A DNA stretch of 58,944 nt from Gemmatimonadaceae bacterium (GCA_035760785.1 DASTSH010000160.1:1-58944); one strand, 5' to 3'; shown: positions 24,727-33,171, counted from the stretch's first letter. Notes: generated by a model from the sequence alone, not told the origin. Numbers and translations are program-made.

Positions 24727-25269
24727 TCACGCGCCGACGAGGGCCGCGAGCTTGCACACGGTGTTCCAGTTGCGTCCCGTGCCCCGCGTGCCGAGCGTGC
24801 GCTCGATGAGCGCGGTGGTGAGGCGCGAGCGCCCGACCCCGTCGGGGTACACGAGATAGGCGTGCCGCCCATCGACGCCGGCGATCTCCCGCCCCGTGAT
24901 CGCCTTCCGCAGCGCCTCCGCGCGCTCGGCGCCCGGCGCGTCCTTCAGGAACATCACCAGGAGATGGCCGGGATCGCGCTTCGCCGCGTCGGGAAAGGGG
25001 TTGCCCGCGATCACGCGCTCCCACTCCGCGGCCGTGCGGATGAAGAAGTCCGTCCGGAGCGCGAGACGCTGCTCCATCTCCTGCTCGAGCAGCCGCTCCA
25101 GCGTCGCGCTCGAGCGCCGGCCGCCGCCGAAGACGACGTTGCCGGTCTGGAGCAGCGTTCGGGGATCGGCGAAGCCCAGCTCCGTGAAGAGGGCGCGCAG
25201 GTCGGCCATCGCCACCTTCGAGTTGCCGCCGACGTTGATGGCGCGGAGGAGCGCGATGTGGGTGGTCAC
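24727..25269 (-). CDS. DUF1697 domain protein
   Basis: ORF track 24727..25269 (GTG start). (M)TTHIALLRAINVGGNSKVAMADLRALFTELGF...QTGNVVF is the DUF1697 signature. Confidence 0.85.
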   Translation of the reverse strand: MTTHIALLRAINVGGNSKVAMADLRALFTELGFADPRTLLQTGNVVFGGGRRSSATLERLLEQEMEQRLALRTDFFIRTAAEWERVIAGNPFPDAAKRDPGHLLVMFLKDAPGAERAEALRKAITGREIAGVDGRHAYLVYPDGVGRSRLTTALIERTLGTRGTGRNWNTVCKLAALVGA

Positions 25270-25386
25270 GGCTCGGAGCTGCTCTCTCTTCTTCGCGGGT
25301 TCTTCGCGGGACGGGACGGCGACGCCCGGCGTGGGGCATCACGGGTCGCAGCCCGGATGATGACCGCCGGGCGATGTGCTGTCCAG

Positions 25387-25791
25387 CTAGGCGCCGGCCG
25401 GAGGGAGCAGCGACGCGAGGCGAGCCGCCAGGTCGCGCAGCCGCGCCGCGGCGTCGGGCGTGTGCTCGGCGACCTCGTCCGCCGCTTGCCGCAGCGCGCT
25501 CACGTCCTGTTCGGTGACGCCGAACGGCTGCCGGTGCATCGCCAGCGCCGCGAGCGCGTGCCGCGCGGGGGGCGGCACCGCCACGCGGTCGTGGGCGCGG
25601 CTCATGAGCGTGACGCAGTCGTCGTACGTGATCCCCATCTGTGCCACGTACTCCGTGGCGTCGTCGCTCTGGCGTCGTTCCGCCTTCCCTTTCGCCCACG
25701 CGTCGATGGCCGATGCGGACTGCCGGTAGTCCACATCCTGCCACTGCTCCGGCGTCAGCGCCGCGGGAATCTCTCGCGCGCGATCGCTCAC
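25387..25791 (-). CDS. hypothetical protein
   Basis: ORF track 25387..25791. The GTG start follows GGGAGGG. Composition is protein-like and acidic. No family recognised. Confidence 0.6.
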   Translation of the reverse strand: MSDRAREIPAALTPEQWQDVDYRQSASAIDAWAKGKAERRQSDDATEYVAQMGITYDDCVTLMSRAHDRVAVPPPARHALAALAMHRQPFGVTEQDVSALRQAADEVAEHTPDAAARLRDLAARLASLLPPAGA

Positions 25792-25825
25792 CTGCCCTCC
25801 CGCCGGCCGCGTGGCCGGCCGCGAT

Positions 25826-26314
25826 TCAGGGGGCGCCCACCAGCGCGTCGATCTGCGCGAGATGGTGGCGCAGGTGCCCCACGTAGTCGCGCACGAAGTA
25901 CTCGAGCGTCGCCGGCTCCTCCGCCGGCACCGTGCGCCACGCGATCTGATCGAGGTTGTGCCGCGCGCGCTGGCGCGACCAGTCGTCGGCGGAGATGCGG
26001 TCGATCACCCGGGCCACGTGCAGGTTGTAGCCGCGCCACAGCTCGAGCAGCGCCGTCCACTCCGCGTCCTGGTAACCCTGGCGCGCCACCCAGTCATCCT
26101 GTTCGTAGGGGAGGAAGACCAGGTCCTTCTGGAACTGGGCGCGCACGAAGCGCTGGTGATTGTGGGCGGCCGAGTCGATGAGGTGGCCGACGATCTCGCG
26201 GGGCGACCACTTGCCCTCGCCGGGGCGCCGGCCGTTCACCGCATCGGGGATGGCACGCAGTCGCGCGTACGCCTCGTTCACCGTCGCGCGGAGCTCTTCG
26301 GCTGTCTGGTTCAC
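25826..26314 (-). CDS. DinB family protein
   Basis: ORF track 25826..26314. The His triad context is EIVGHLIDSAAHNHQRF ... YVGHLRHHLAQI. Confidence 0.85.
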   Translation of the reverse strand: MNQTAEELRATVNEAYARLRAIPDAVNGRRPGEGKWSPREIVGHLIDSAAHNHQRFVRAQFQKDLVFLPYEQDDWVARQGYQDAEWTALLELWRGYNLHVARVIDRISADDWSRQRARHNLDQIAWRTVPAEEPATLEYFVRDYVGHLRHHLAQIDALVGAP

Positions 26315-26438
26315 CGCTGCATCATCCGTGTACGAGCCACGAGCGGGGCGCGGCCATGTCCGGTGGCCGGCGCCCGCTCACCGATCTCGAAGATGGACGA
26401 GGGTGGACGCGTCGTCCAGCGAACGCGCGGGTGCGCGC

Positions 26439-27011
26439 TCAGAACACGAACGGGACGAGCGCGGCCGTATCCCGGCGATACTGGTCGAATTGCGGGAACG
26501 TCTCGCGAAGCCGGGAGTCCTCCAGCACCACCTTGCGTACGATCCCTGCGAGCGCCAGCGCGACCGCGAGCACGGCGCGCCACTCGCCGATGGCCACCGC
26601 CGAGCCGACCAGCGCGAGGAGGAGCCCCGAGTAGATCGGGTGTCGCACCCATCGGTAGGGGCCCGTGGTGATGAGCGTGTGCTCGTTCTTCACCGTCACC
26701 GCCGCGCTCCAGTTCCTGCCGAGGTGCCGTCGCGCCCAGGTCGCGAACCCCAGTCCCGCGGCGGTGAGGGCGACGCCGAGCATGGCGAGCACCGCGCTCG
26801 GCGGCAGGAAGCGTTGGCGCAGGACCGGCGGCAGGCGCCCCGGCGTGGCCATGAGAATGGCGGTGAGGAGGAAGGGAACGCGGTGGAGGAGCTGCGACGG
26901 GAGCGACTCGCGCCAGCGCGTCTCCTTCACATTTCGCGCGGCGATCCACCAGTAGACCAGCCAGGCGGCCCACAGCGCCGCGATGATCGTTTCCGGGTTC
27001 GGCTCGAGCAT
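26439..27011 (-). CDS. isoprenylcysteine carboxyl methyltransferase (ICMT)/phospholipid methyltransferase family membrane protein
   Basis: ATG at 27011 inside ORF 26439..27362. Motifs: LITTGPYRWVRHPIYSG and EDSRLRETFPQFDQY. Confidence 0.85.
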   Translation of the reverse strand: MLEPNPETIIAALWAAWLVYWWIAARNVKETRWRESLPSQLLHRVPFLLTAILMATPGRLPPVLRQRFLPPSAVLAMLGVALTAAGLGFATWARRHLGRNWSAAVTVKNEHTLITTGPYRWVRHPIYSGLLLALVGSAVAIGEWRAVLAVALALAGIVRKVVLEDSRLRETFPQFDQYRRDTAALVPFVF

Positions 27012-27145
27012 ACATCTTCGGGTTCTTCGGGCGCTCCGCCGCGGCGATCGCGCGGCGGTCGCGGGCACCGATGTGGCCAGCAAGGCACCACTACGGTGGG
27101 GTGCGCCGATTGGTGTCGGGGTCGCGCGGGAAAGAGTGGCACGTA

Positions 27146-27592
27146 TCAGCCATGCGGCCCGTGGGGCTCGCCCCCGTGCTCGTACGCGCGGCGCACCGCG
27201 GAGGAGAGCGCGAGGCGGTGGGAGGGCGCGGAGGGCTCGCGTCCGAGCAGCTCGCCCTCGAAGCGCGCGATGTAGTCGGCGAGGTGCTCGATCGGCTCGC
27301 CGCGATCGAGGCGGGCGCAGAGCTCGAGCGCCAGGCTGTCGGCGTGGTCCGCCTCCGTCCATCCGGCGGCGTGCAGCGCCGCGCGCACGCCGGCGAGGCG
27401 CGTACCGACCACCTGCCCCTCGATGTCGAGCTGCATGCAGAGGAGGCCGATCGCCGCGTCGCGCCCGTCGTCGGCGGCGAGTTGGAGGACGCCGTCGGCC
27501 TCGGCGCGTTGGAGTCCCGCATCGAGCACGCGCCAGAGCGCGGTGTCGCGCCAGCGCGAGAATGGATCCACTGTCACCAGATGCTCCGTCAC
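27146..27592 (-). CDS. hypothetical protein
   Basis: C-terminal 148 aa of ORF 27146..27922. GTG at 27592 follows AAGGA. Soluble, helical and acidic. No family recognised. Confidence 0.55.
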   Translation of the reverse strand: MTEHLVTVDPFSRWRDTALWRVLDAGLQRAEADGVLQLAADDGRDAAIGLLCMQLDIEGQVVGTRLAGVRAALHAAGWTEADHADSLALELCARLDRGEPIEHLADYIARFEGELLGREPSAPSHRLALSSAVRRAYEHGGEPHGPHG

Positions 27593-27624
27593 CCGTTGTT
27601 CCTTCACGACATAGCGAACGGGCG

Positions 27625-28122
27625 TCAATCTATCGGCAGCATCTCCTCGATGACCACCCGTCCAGCGATCGGCTGCCGAAACACTCTGCCGAGCGGCAAC
27701 TCCGGGCGGCAGACCCATGGGCCCGTGTAGGATTTCCGGATACCGGGGTCGCGCGTGGTGATCAAGGTATCCACGATCGGGCTTGCAAGCACGACGCGGA
27801 GCGAGTCGGTGTCGAGCCACGTCGCCTGCACCTGCTGCGCGTCGACCGTGGTGTCCGCGAACGTGTTGGTCCCACCGGCCGCGCGGAGCCGCGTGAGTTG
27901 CAGACGGACCTCGCCCGCCCAACCGCCGCCGAGCGCCACGTCGGGGGGCAGATTCAGAAAGACCTCACAGGTGAGCGTGTCCCCCGTGGCCGAGTCGGGC
28001 GCGCTGGCGATCGCCGTCGCGAAATAGGAGTGGTGCGACCCGATCGGCGGCGGTTCCACCGACGATTCGTGGCACGCCGAGAGTACCAGTGCGATGGCCG
28101 CGATCGTGACGGCTCTGGCCAC
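27625..28122 (-). CDS. lipoprotein, family not recognised
   Basis: Frame of ORF 27625..28350. GTG at 28122 follows GGAGGG. (M)ARAVTIAAIALVLSACHESS contains a lipobox. Confidence 0.65.
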   Translation of the reverse strand: MARAVTIAAIALVLSACHESSVEPPPIGSHHSYFATAIASAPDSATGDTLTCEVFLNLPPDVALGGGWAGEVRLQLTRLRAAGGTNTFADTTVDAQQVQATWLDTDSLRVVLASPIVDTLITTRDPGIRKSYTGPWVCRPELPLGRVFRQPIAGRVVIEEMLPID

Positions 28123-28285
28123 AGCTCCCTCCGTGGTGTCGGATGGTTGCACATCGGGAGTGATGTTCGAGCTGGGAATCTGTGGCGCGGCAGGCGGCGC
28201 CGCCAGGGGCGGGCGGGCTGCCGTCGGCAGGCGCCTGACGACGGCAGGCGAGATCGCGCCGCCGTGCGCGAGTGCGCCAGGTCTC

Positions 28286-28564
28286 CTATCGGTCGCCGCG
28301 CCGCTCGCCTCGCCGGTAGGCCGCGAGCAGGCTGAGGAGGATGCCGCCATTGCCGAGCCCCATGCCGCCGTAGAACGCGACGCGGCCGGCCGTGGGGTCC
28401 GTGGTGTGGACGCTCCAGAGAATGGCGAGGATCCCGGCGGCCGCCCAGCCGAAGCACTCGAGCGCCGTCCGCGCGAGGTCGCGCCGGCGGTCTCGCTCCG
28501 CGGCCGCGCGCTCAGCGGCGCGCTTGCTCGCGAGCTCCGCGAGGATCTCCCGGGGGAGCGGCAT
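28286..28564 (-). CDS. small 2-TM membrane protein (paralog of the 30729..31037 locus)
   Basis: ATG at 28564 inside ORF 28286..28624. Sequence: MPLPREILAELASKRAAERAAAERDRRRDLARTALECFGWAAAGILAILWSVHTT... Confidence 0.6.
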   Translation of the reverse strand: MPLPREILAELASKRAAERAAAERDRRRDLARTALECFGWAAAGILAILWSVHTTDPTAGRVAFYGGMGLGNGGILLSLLAAYRRGERRGDR

Positions 28565-28672
28565 GCGGTCAGTATAGAGCGGGCGTCCGGCGGTCCGCCA
28601 GGCGGCTGTGGAGTGACGTCCCATTCACAGACAGAAGGTGGATCGGCGCGGCTCAGGGTTGCCGCCTTACGT

Positions 28673-29137
28673 TCAGTCCGTGTCGAGATTCCAGAAGGGG
28701 CAGGACCGCCGCATCACCATTTCGAAGTGGTGGCACCGGCAGTAGAGCCCCGGGTCCATACGAAGGCGCCGGCAGCCCGACTCACGACACCGCTCCGGCC
28801 CCACTTCCGGTCCCAGCGTGTCGAAGAACTCCCGGTCCTCGGCCGCGCGCCGGAGCTCGTCCGCGAGCGGCGCGGCATGCCGTAACCAAGCCAGCGGATC
28901 CACGCCAGCGATGCGATAGAGCAGATCCGGTCCGCCCCCGTGGCGCTCGCTGAAGGGGCGTTCACCGACCCACGTGCTACCGCACGCACGGCAGCGAAAT
29001 ACGCTCATCCAGCTCTCGTCATCGGTTGCGAGCGGCTCGAGCATGGGCGCGATTCGCTCGGCCTCTTCGAGTCGCGCGATGACCTCCGGCCAGGTGCGCG
29101 GTACCGCAGCGAACTCAGAGCAGGGACACTCGTTCAT
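28673..29137 (-). CDS. cysteine-rich hypothetical protein (putative zinc-binding)
   Basis: ATG at 29137 inside ORF 28673..29500. Cys pairs: CPCSEF, CRACGSTW, CRESGCRR, YCRCHH. Confidence 0.65.
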   Translation of the reverse strand: MNECPCSEFAAVPRTWPEVIARLEEAERIAPMLEPLATDDESWMSVFRCRACGSTWVGERPFSERHGGGPDLLYRIAGVDPLAWLRHAAPLADELRRAAEDREFFDTLGPEVGPERCRESGCRRLRMDPGLYCRCHHFEMVMRRSCPFWNLDTD

Positions 29138-29160
29138 TGATCCATTACCGGGACGCTCGC

Positions 29161-29283
29161 CTATGGCAGCGACTCGCGGAAGGCCGCCCGGGTGCGCCCC
29201 TCCTGGCGGAGCTTCGCCGAGAGCTCGAGCCGGTATCCGCGCCAGAGGAGGAGCGGGTACGCGAGGCCGAGTGCCCACGTCAC
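29161..29283 (-). other. in-frame coding-looking continuation directly after the TGA of the 29284..29598 gene
   Basis: The 40 codons after the stop read VTWALGLAYPLLLWRGYRLELSAKLRQEGRTRAAFRESLP, with G/C at about 37/40 third positions. This supplies a plausible 4th TM helix. Confidence 0.45.
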
Positions 29284-29598
29284 TCACTTGGGCAGACGGT
29301 CGAGGACATCCGGCCCGTTCAGCACGAGTGCCAGCGCGCTGACGCCATACGCCGCAATCCACCACGGTGACCCTGGGCCTTCCCGGCCCGCGCGTCGGTC
29401 GCGCGCGAAGGCGCGAATGACGCTTGCGAGCGCGAGGACTCCGAGTGCGGCGCCCGCCCAGCGCGCGAGGGCGTGTCGCTGGAGGATATCCACGTTCCAC
29501 ACGAGGAGGGCGATCGAGGCGAACGTGACGAGTCGGATTGCGGTCGCGACGAGGCGAGCGCGCCGCGTCGGCGGTCCTGCCGGGTGTGGCTGCGTCAC
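29284..29598 (-). CDS. membrane protein (3 TM as called; possibly a 4-TM protein interrupted by TGA)
   Basis: Frame of ORF 29284..29745. GTG at 29598 follows GAGGAG. Sequence: (M)TQPHPAGPPTRRARLVATAIRLVTFASIALLVW... Confidence 0.6.
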   Translation of the reverse strand: MTQPHPAGPPTRRARLVATAIRLVTFASIALLVWNVDILQRHALARWAGAALGVLALASVIRAFARDRRAGREGPGSPWWIAAYGVSALALVLNGPDVLDRLPK

Positions 29599-29663
29599 CG
29601 CGATCTCCTCAATGGTCGAGACGCTCGCTCCGCGAGATGTACGGCCGTGCGGCTCTGCTCCGA

Positions 29664-30080
29664 TCAGATGATGTCGTACCGCGCCAGCAGTTCCTCCACT
29701 TGCCCCCTGCTGCCGACATAGGCCCCCCACACCGCCGCGCACCACGTGTCGATCGCCCGGTCCCGTTCCGGGCCGGGAGGCGCCGCGAGCACGTCAGCCG
29801 CGGTGATCGCTCCCCGATTCACAGGGAGCGCGAAGGTCGGCCACGAGCGCGTCCGCTTCGCGAGCGCCATGTGCGCGAGCTGGACCTGCCGGCCGGTGAA
29901 CCCCCGCTCGAGGTGCAGGTACAATCCCATCAGCGCGAACGTCAGCTTGATCGGCTTCGTCTCCGCGGTCGCGTATTGTGCCGCGAACGCGTCCACGACG
30001 TGCTGGTGCACGAACGTCGGCGCACCGTGCGCGAGCGTGTAGTAGCACAGCTCGTGGTAGGCGTCTTCCGCGGTGGTCAC
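29664..30080 (-). CDS. DUF5946 family protein (tentative)
   Basis: ORF track 29664..30080. AYHELCYYTLAHGAPTFVHQHVVDAFAAQ...LTFALMGLYLHLERGFTGRQVQ matches what I remember of DUF5946. Confidence 0.7.
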   Translation of the reverse strand: MTTAEDAYHELCYYTLAHGAPTFVHQHVVDAFAAQYATAETKPIKLTFALMGLYLHLERGFTGRQVQLAHMALAKRTRSWPTFALPVNRGAITAADVLAAPPGPERDRAIDTWCAAVWGAYVGSRGQVEELLARYDII

Positions 30081-30105
30081 GCTTGGTTCAGTGGTCGCGC
30101 TGTGT

Positions 30106-30684
30106 TCAATCGAAAGTGGCCGGCTGCGGGATCTGCCCGCGCACGCTGCCGAACACGCCAGCCCGCACGAACTGCAGGATGTGCGTGGCCTCGGCGTACC
30201 CGCACGACGGTGCCTCCGGAAAGTGGCTCGCGACCGTCACGCTTCCCGCCCCGGGGCCGCCGCCGTTCCCGAGCTCACCCGCCCAATTCAGCGGAGCGTC
30301 GAAGTAGACCGAGTCGGAGCGAAGGGTGACGGGCGCATCCACCGTCATGGTGTCCGGCGCGGAGGTCGGGTGCCAGGCGTCGTCGAAGAGTTGCGTGACG
30401 ATGACGATCCGCGCCGAGTCGTTGGGCATCGCCACGAGCACGCCGCCCGTGATGGCCGCGAACGGAACACCCGGGCATTGCGGATACAGGCGCTGGGGCA
30501 CTGCACCACCATCGATACGCCCCAGGTCGTAGGTGCCGGTGAACGACACAGGTCCGGTCGCGGAACCGCTGCACGCGACGAGCGCGAGGCTGCCGAGTAG
30601 AAAAAGCCTGCGAGTCGAACGCGCTGCGGTGACGCCTCCATGGGAGGGGAAACGCGCCGCCGTGGTATTCAGATCTGTGGCCAC
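30106..30684 (-). CDS. lipoprotein, family not recognised
   Basis: Frame of ORF 30106..30903. Lipobox: RRLFLLGSLALVACSG. No ATG lies near it, and the GTG at 30684 is the nearest canonical start, so the start is uncertain. Confidence 0.55.
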   Translation of the reverse strand: MATDLNTTAARFPSHGGVTAARSTRRLFLLGSLALVACSGSATGPVSFTGTYDLGRIDGGAVPQRLYPQCPGVPFAAITGGVLVAMPNDSARIVIVTQLFDDAWHPTSAPDTMTVDAPVTLRSDSVYFDAPLNWAGELGNGGGPGAGSVTVASHFPEAPSCGYAEATHILQFVRAGVFGSVRGQIPQPATFD

Positions 30685-30728
30685 GATGCGTTCAGGCGAA
30701 GGTGGTCGGGCATTGTCGTCACGTACGG

Positions 30729-31037
30729 CTACAGGTCGCCCCGCTGCACGGCGAAATGGAACCAGAGGATCAGCGTGAGCACGCTGCCGCCGTAGCCGAG
30801 CACGAGGCCGAGCGAAAGAGCGAGTGTTCCCGCTCGAGCGCTCGTCGTGTGGGCGCTCCATACCATGCAGCCGAGTCCGAGCACGATCCATCCGAGGCAC
30901 CACGCGAGCGGGCGGCGGATCTCACGGCGCCACGCACGTGCCCTGTCTTCTGCGGCCTCCGCCTGGAGACGCTCGCGCGCGCACTGCTCGGGTGATGCCT
31001 CGAAGCGACGAGCGAGACTCGCGGCAGGAACGGGAGT
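30729..31037 (-). pseudogene. start-less paralog of the 28286..28564 small membrane protein
   Basis: Not in the ORF track. The frame is open from the VOC stop (31209) to the TAG at 30729. It translates TPVPAASLARRFEAS...WCLGWIVLGLGCMVWSAHTTSARAG...QRGDL. ACT sits where the paralog has ATG, and there is no ATG/GTG/TTG before the first TM helix. Confidence 0.45.
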
Positions 31038-31208
31038 GCGATGGCGATGCCGAAGATTAGCTTCGCCGCGCCTGCTGCTCCAGCGGCGAGTCCCGCGCCG
31101 GAGCTCAGCCAGGCTGCGGTTCGATAGGCGGCTGCTTCGAGGCGCATGGCGCTCCGGGATCTCCCGTGAGAGAGGGTCGTCCAGCCGGTCGTCGTCCTGG
31201 TCCGTCCC

Positions 31209-31574
31209 CTACGGCAGCTGCCAGAGCCCCTGCTCGATCCCGCCGGCCATTATGTAGATGGCGATCGTCCCATGGCCAGGGATCTCCATCGGCGGAAGTG
31301 CCAGCATGCCCCCGAGCGCCTCCACCCGCCGCGCGGCACGCTCGATGTCGTTCACCCGGATGTATGTGCGGACGATCGGCCGCTCCTGCTCGTGCATCGG
31401 GGCGCGGATGCCGCAGCGCGAGCCGTCCGGGAGCTCCGCGACGAACGAGTTCCCCAGCTCGGGGCCCATCGCCTGGAAATCCCAACCGTACACCTGATGG
31501 TAGAGCGTGCGGGCGCCGGAGACATCGTTCGTGACGACCTCCATGTAGTACACGGCGTGTTCGGGCACTGTCAT
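31209..31574 (-). CDS. VOC (glyoxalase/bleomycin-resistance fold) family protein
   Basis: ORF track 31209..31574. Sequence: YYMEVVTNDVSGARTLYHQVYGWDF...GHGTIAIYIMAGGIEQGLWQ. Confidence 0.85.
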   Translation of the reverse strand: MTVPEHAVYYMEVVTNDVSGARTLYHQVYGWDFQAMGPELGNSFVAELPDGSRCGIRAPMHEQERPIVRTYIRVNDIERAARRVEALGGMLALPPMEIPGHGTIAIYIMAGGIEQGLWQLP

Positions 31575-31915
31575 GCAGGTCTCCTCACTCGCTCGAACCA
31601 GGCGCGGGAGCCGCCGCAGTCGAGCACCAGCGTGTCGGCTCCGAGAAGCGTGAACTTCGTCCGTCCCAGCACCGGTGAGGGAGGCCGATCGATGATGAGC
31701 GTCTCGCCCTCGACCCTGTACGTCAGCCGGGCGATCCGGTCGCGATCCCCCTCGGCGGTGACGTACAACAGCAGTCCATCACGACGGAGCTCCATGCGCA
31801 TGCGCTCTCCGAGATCGAGCTCGCCGTCGGCCTCGGCGAGCCGCCATCGGCCGATGAGCGCCGCGCCCGGACCGCCGCCGGGTGAGCGAGAGAAGAGCCA
31901 ATCGAGGAATCCCAT
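31571..31915 (-). CDS. hypothetical protein
   Basis: ORF track 31571..31915. It overlaps the VOC start by 4 nt (ATGA). It looks like a small beta-rich protein. No family recognised. Confidence 0.65.
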   Translation of the reverse strand: MGFLDWLFSRSPGGGPGAALIGRWRLAEADGELDLGERMRMELRRDGLLLYVTAEGDRDRIARLTYRVEGETLIIDRPPSPVLGRTKFTLLGADTLVLDCGGSRAWFERVRRPA

Positions 31916-31927
31916 GGCGGCGTGCCC

Positions 31928-32299
31928 TCACCTCGTCCCCGCCACGATCTCCCGGTCGCCATGGCTCGGCGGCTGCGAGATGACCAGGAACTCGGCGTCC
32001 ACCCCGTCGCGATTCATCACCTGGTGCACCTCCCCCGGCGCGATCTCGAGCCCGACGCCCGCATCGAGCGCGTGCACGGTGCCCTCCACCTCCAGGTGGA
32101 GCCGCCCCGCGAGCACGAGGAAGAACTGCCGCGCCCGCGCGTGTCGGTGCCGCACCTCGGCGGTGCCGGGCGGCATCCGCTCCCTGATCACGCTCAGCCC
32201 CTCGGCGCGCACGAGGTGCCACCCGTCGCAGCCATCGCCCCACACGTAGTGTTCGGCGGAGGTGAGGGAGACCGGCGCGGTCGTGCGGTCAGTCGGCAT
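31928..32299 (-). CDS. cupin domain protein
   Basis: ATG at 32299 inside ORF 31928..32398. Sequence: RHRHARARQFFLVLAGRLHLEVEG...EIAPGEVHQVMN. Confidence 0.8.
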   Translation of the reverse strand: MPTDRTTAPVSLTSAEHYVWGDGCDGWHLVRAEGLSVIRERMPPGTAEVRHRHARARQFFLVLAGRLHLEVEGTVHALDAGVGLEIAPGEVHQVMNRDGVDAEFLVISQPPSHGDREIVAGTR

Positions 32300-32894
32300 G
32301 GTGGAGCAGCGCCTCTGGCGGCAGCAAGTCGGAGAGCATCGGAGTCGTCGCGCCGTCGAAGCACTCGCGCACCATCGCCTCGAACGCGCGACGCTCATCG
32401 GGGCTCGCGGCGGCAGAGAGTGCGAGGCCGAAGCTCCGGTCGGGAAGCGAGACGATGTAGCCCTCTGGAAACGCGGCCGCCAGCTCGTCGTGGCACAGCA
32501 GCCGGGAGGAGCCGAGCCCGTCCTCGTGCATCATCGCCACCCACACCAGACGCCCCGAGTCGTCCGTCTTCTCGTGCGTCCAGGTGAGGCCGTCGTCCGC
32601 CGCGCGCATGTTCGCCAGGGCACGCGCGTGGAGGTCGATCCCCCGCGCCCGCCAATCGGCGGCGATCGCCGGCTTCACGTAGGTCATCCAGTCGGGGCGC
32701 GCCAGCGCCACCCATGTGAGCAGCAGGCGAGGGTCGGCCAGTCGCGCGAGCGGCGCGGGGAAGTCGTGCTCCCCGTACTCCGCCGGCACGATGAGCGGCT
32801 GGACCACGTCGAGGTGGTCATCCGAGAGCTCGAACAGATCGGACGGAATCGCGGTCATGCGGCGCGGCTGGAGACGATCGAGCACGTCGACCAT
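32289..32894 (-). CDS. hypothetical protein
   Basis: ORF track 32289..32894. It overlaps the cupin start by 11 nt. Soluble. No family recognised. Confidence 0.65.
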   Translation of the reverse strand: MVDVLDRLQPRRMTAIPSDLFELSDDHLDVVQPLIVPAEYGEHDFPAPLARLADPRLLLTWVALARPDWMTYVKPAIAADWRARGIDLHARALANMRAADDGLTWTHEKTDDSGRLVWVAMMHEDGLGSSRLLCHDELAAAFPEGYIVSLPDRSFGLALSAAASPDERRAFEAMVRECFDGATTPMLSDLLPPEALLHHAD

Positions 32895-32956
32895 GCGCTC
32901 GTTCTGGACAGCGAATCTTTCTCTGGCATGAAATCCCTCGGTTCCCCGGGTTCGAC

Positions 32957-33094
32957 TCAGACGTCCACGAGCTCTTCGACGAAGGTGAGGCGGCGGTCGA
33001 GCGCCGTCGCGCGGAGATGGAGCGCTGGCGCGTACCGCGCCGCGAGGGTCTCATCGCCGATCTCCACCTCGGAGATCACGTACGCTCTTGCCAT
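32957..33094 (-). CDS. 45-aa ORF resembling the N-terminus of DUF1330 proteins (probable truncated remnant)
   Basis: Not in the ORF track. ATG at 33094 follows GAGGGAGA. Sequence: MARAYVISEVEIGDETLAARYAPALHLRATALDRRLTFVEELVDV. G/C is at about 88% of third positions by hand count. Confidence 0.4.
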   Translation of the reverse strand: MARAYVISEVEIGDETLAARYAPALHLRATALDRRLTFVEELVDV

Positions 33095-33171
33095 TCTCCC
33101 TCAGTTCCGCTCGTCACCATGTATCCGGCGTTTCCGCACACACGACGAAATCCGATTCGCGCGGCGCGAGT

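Noticed and set aside
29284-29286. Selenocysteine or genetic-code reassignment at the in-frame TGA.
   Set aside because: TGA is used as an ordinary stop by many well-supported genes in this window. I see no obvious SECIS-like hairpin immediately downstream, and no sel genes are present in the window. A nonsense mutation, a sequencing error or a stop-start arrangement is more parsimonious.
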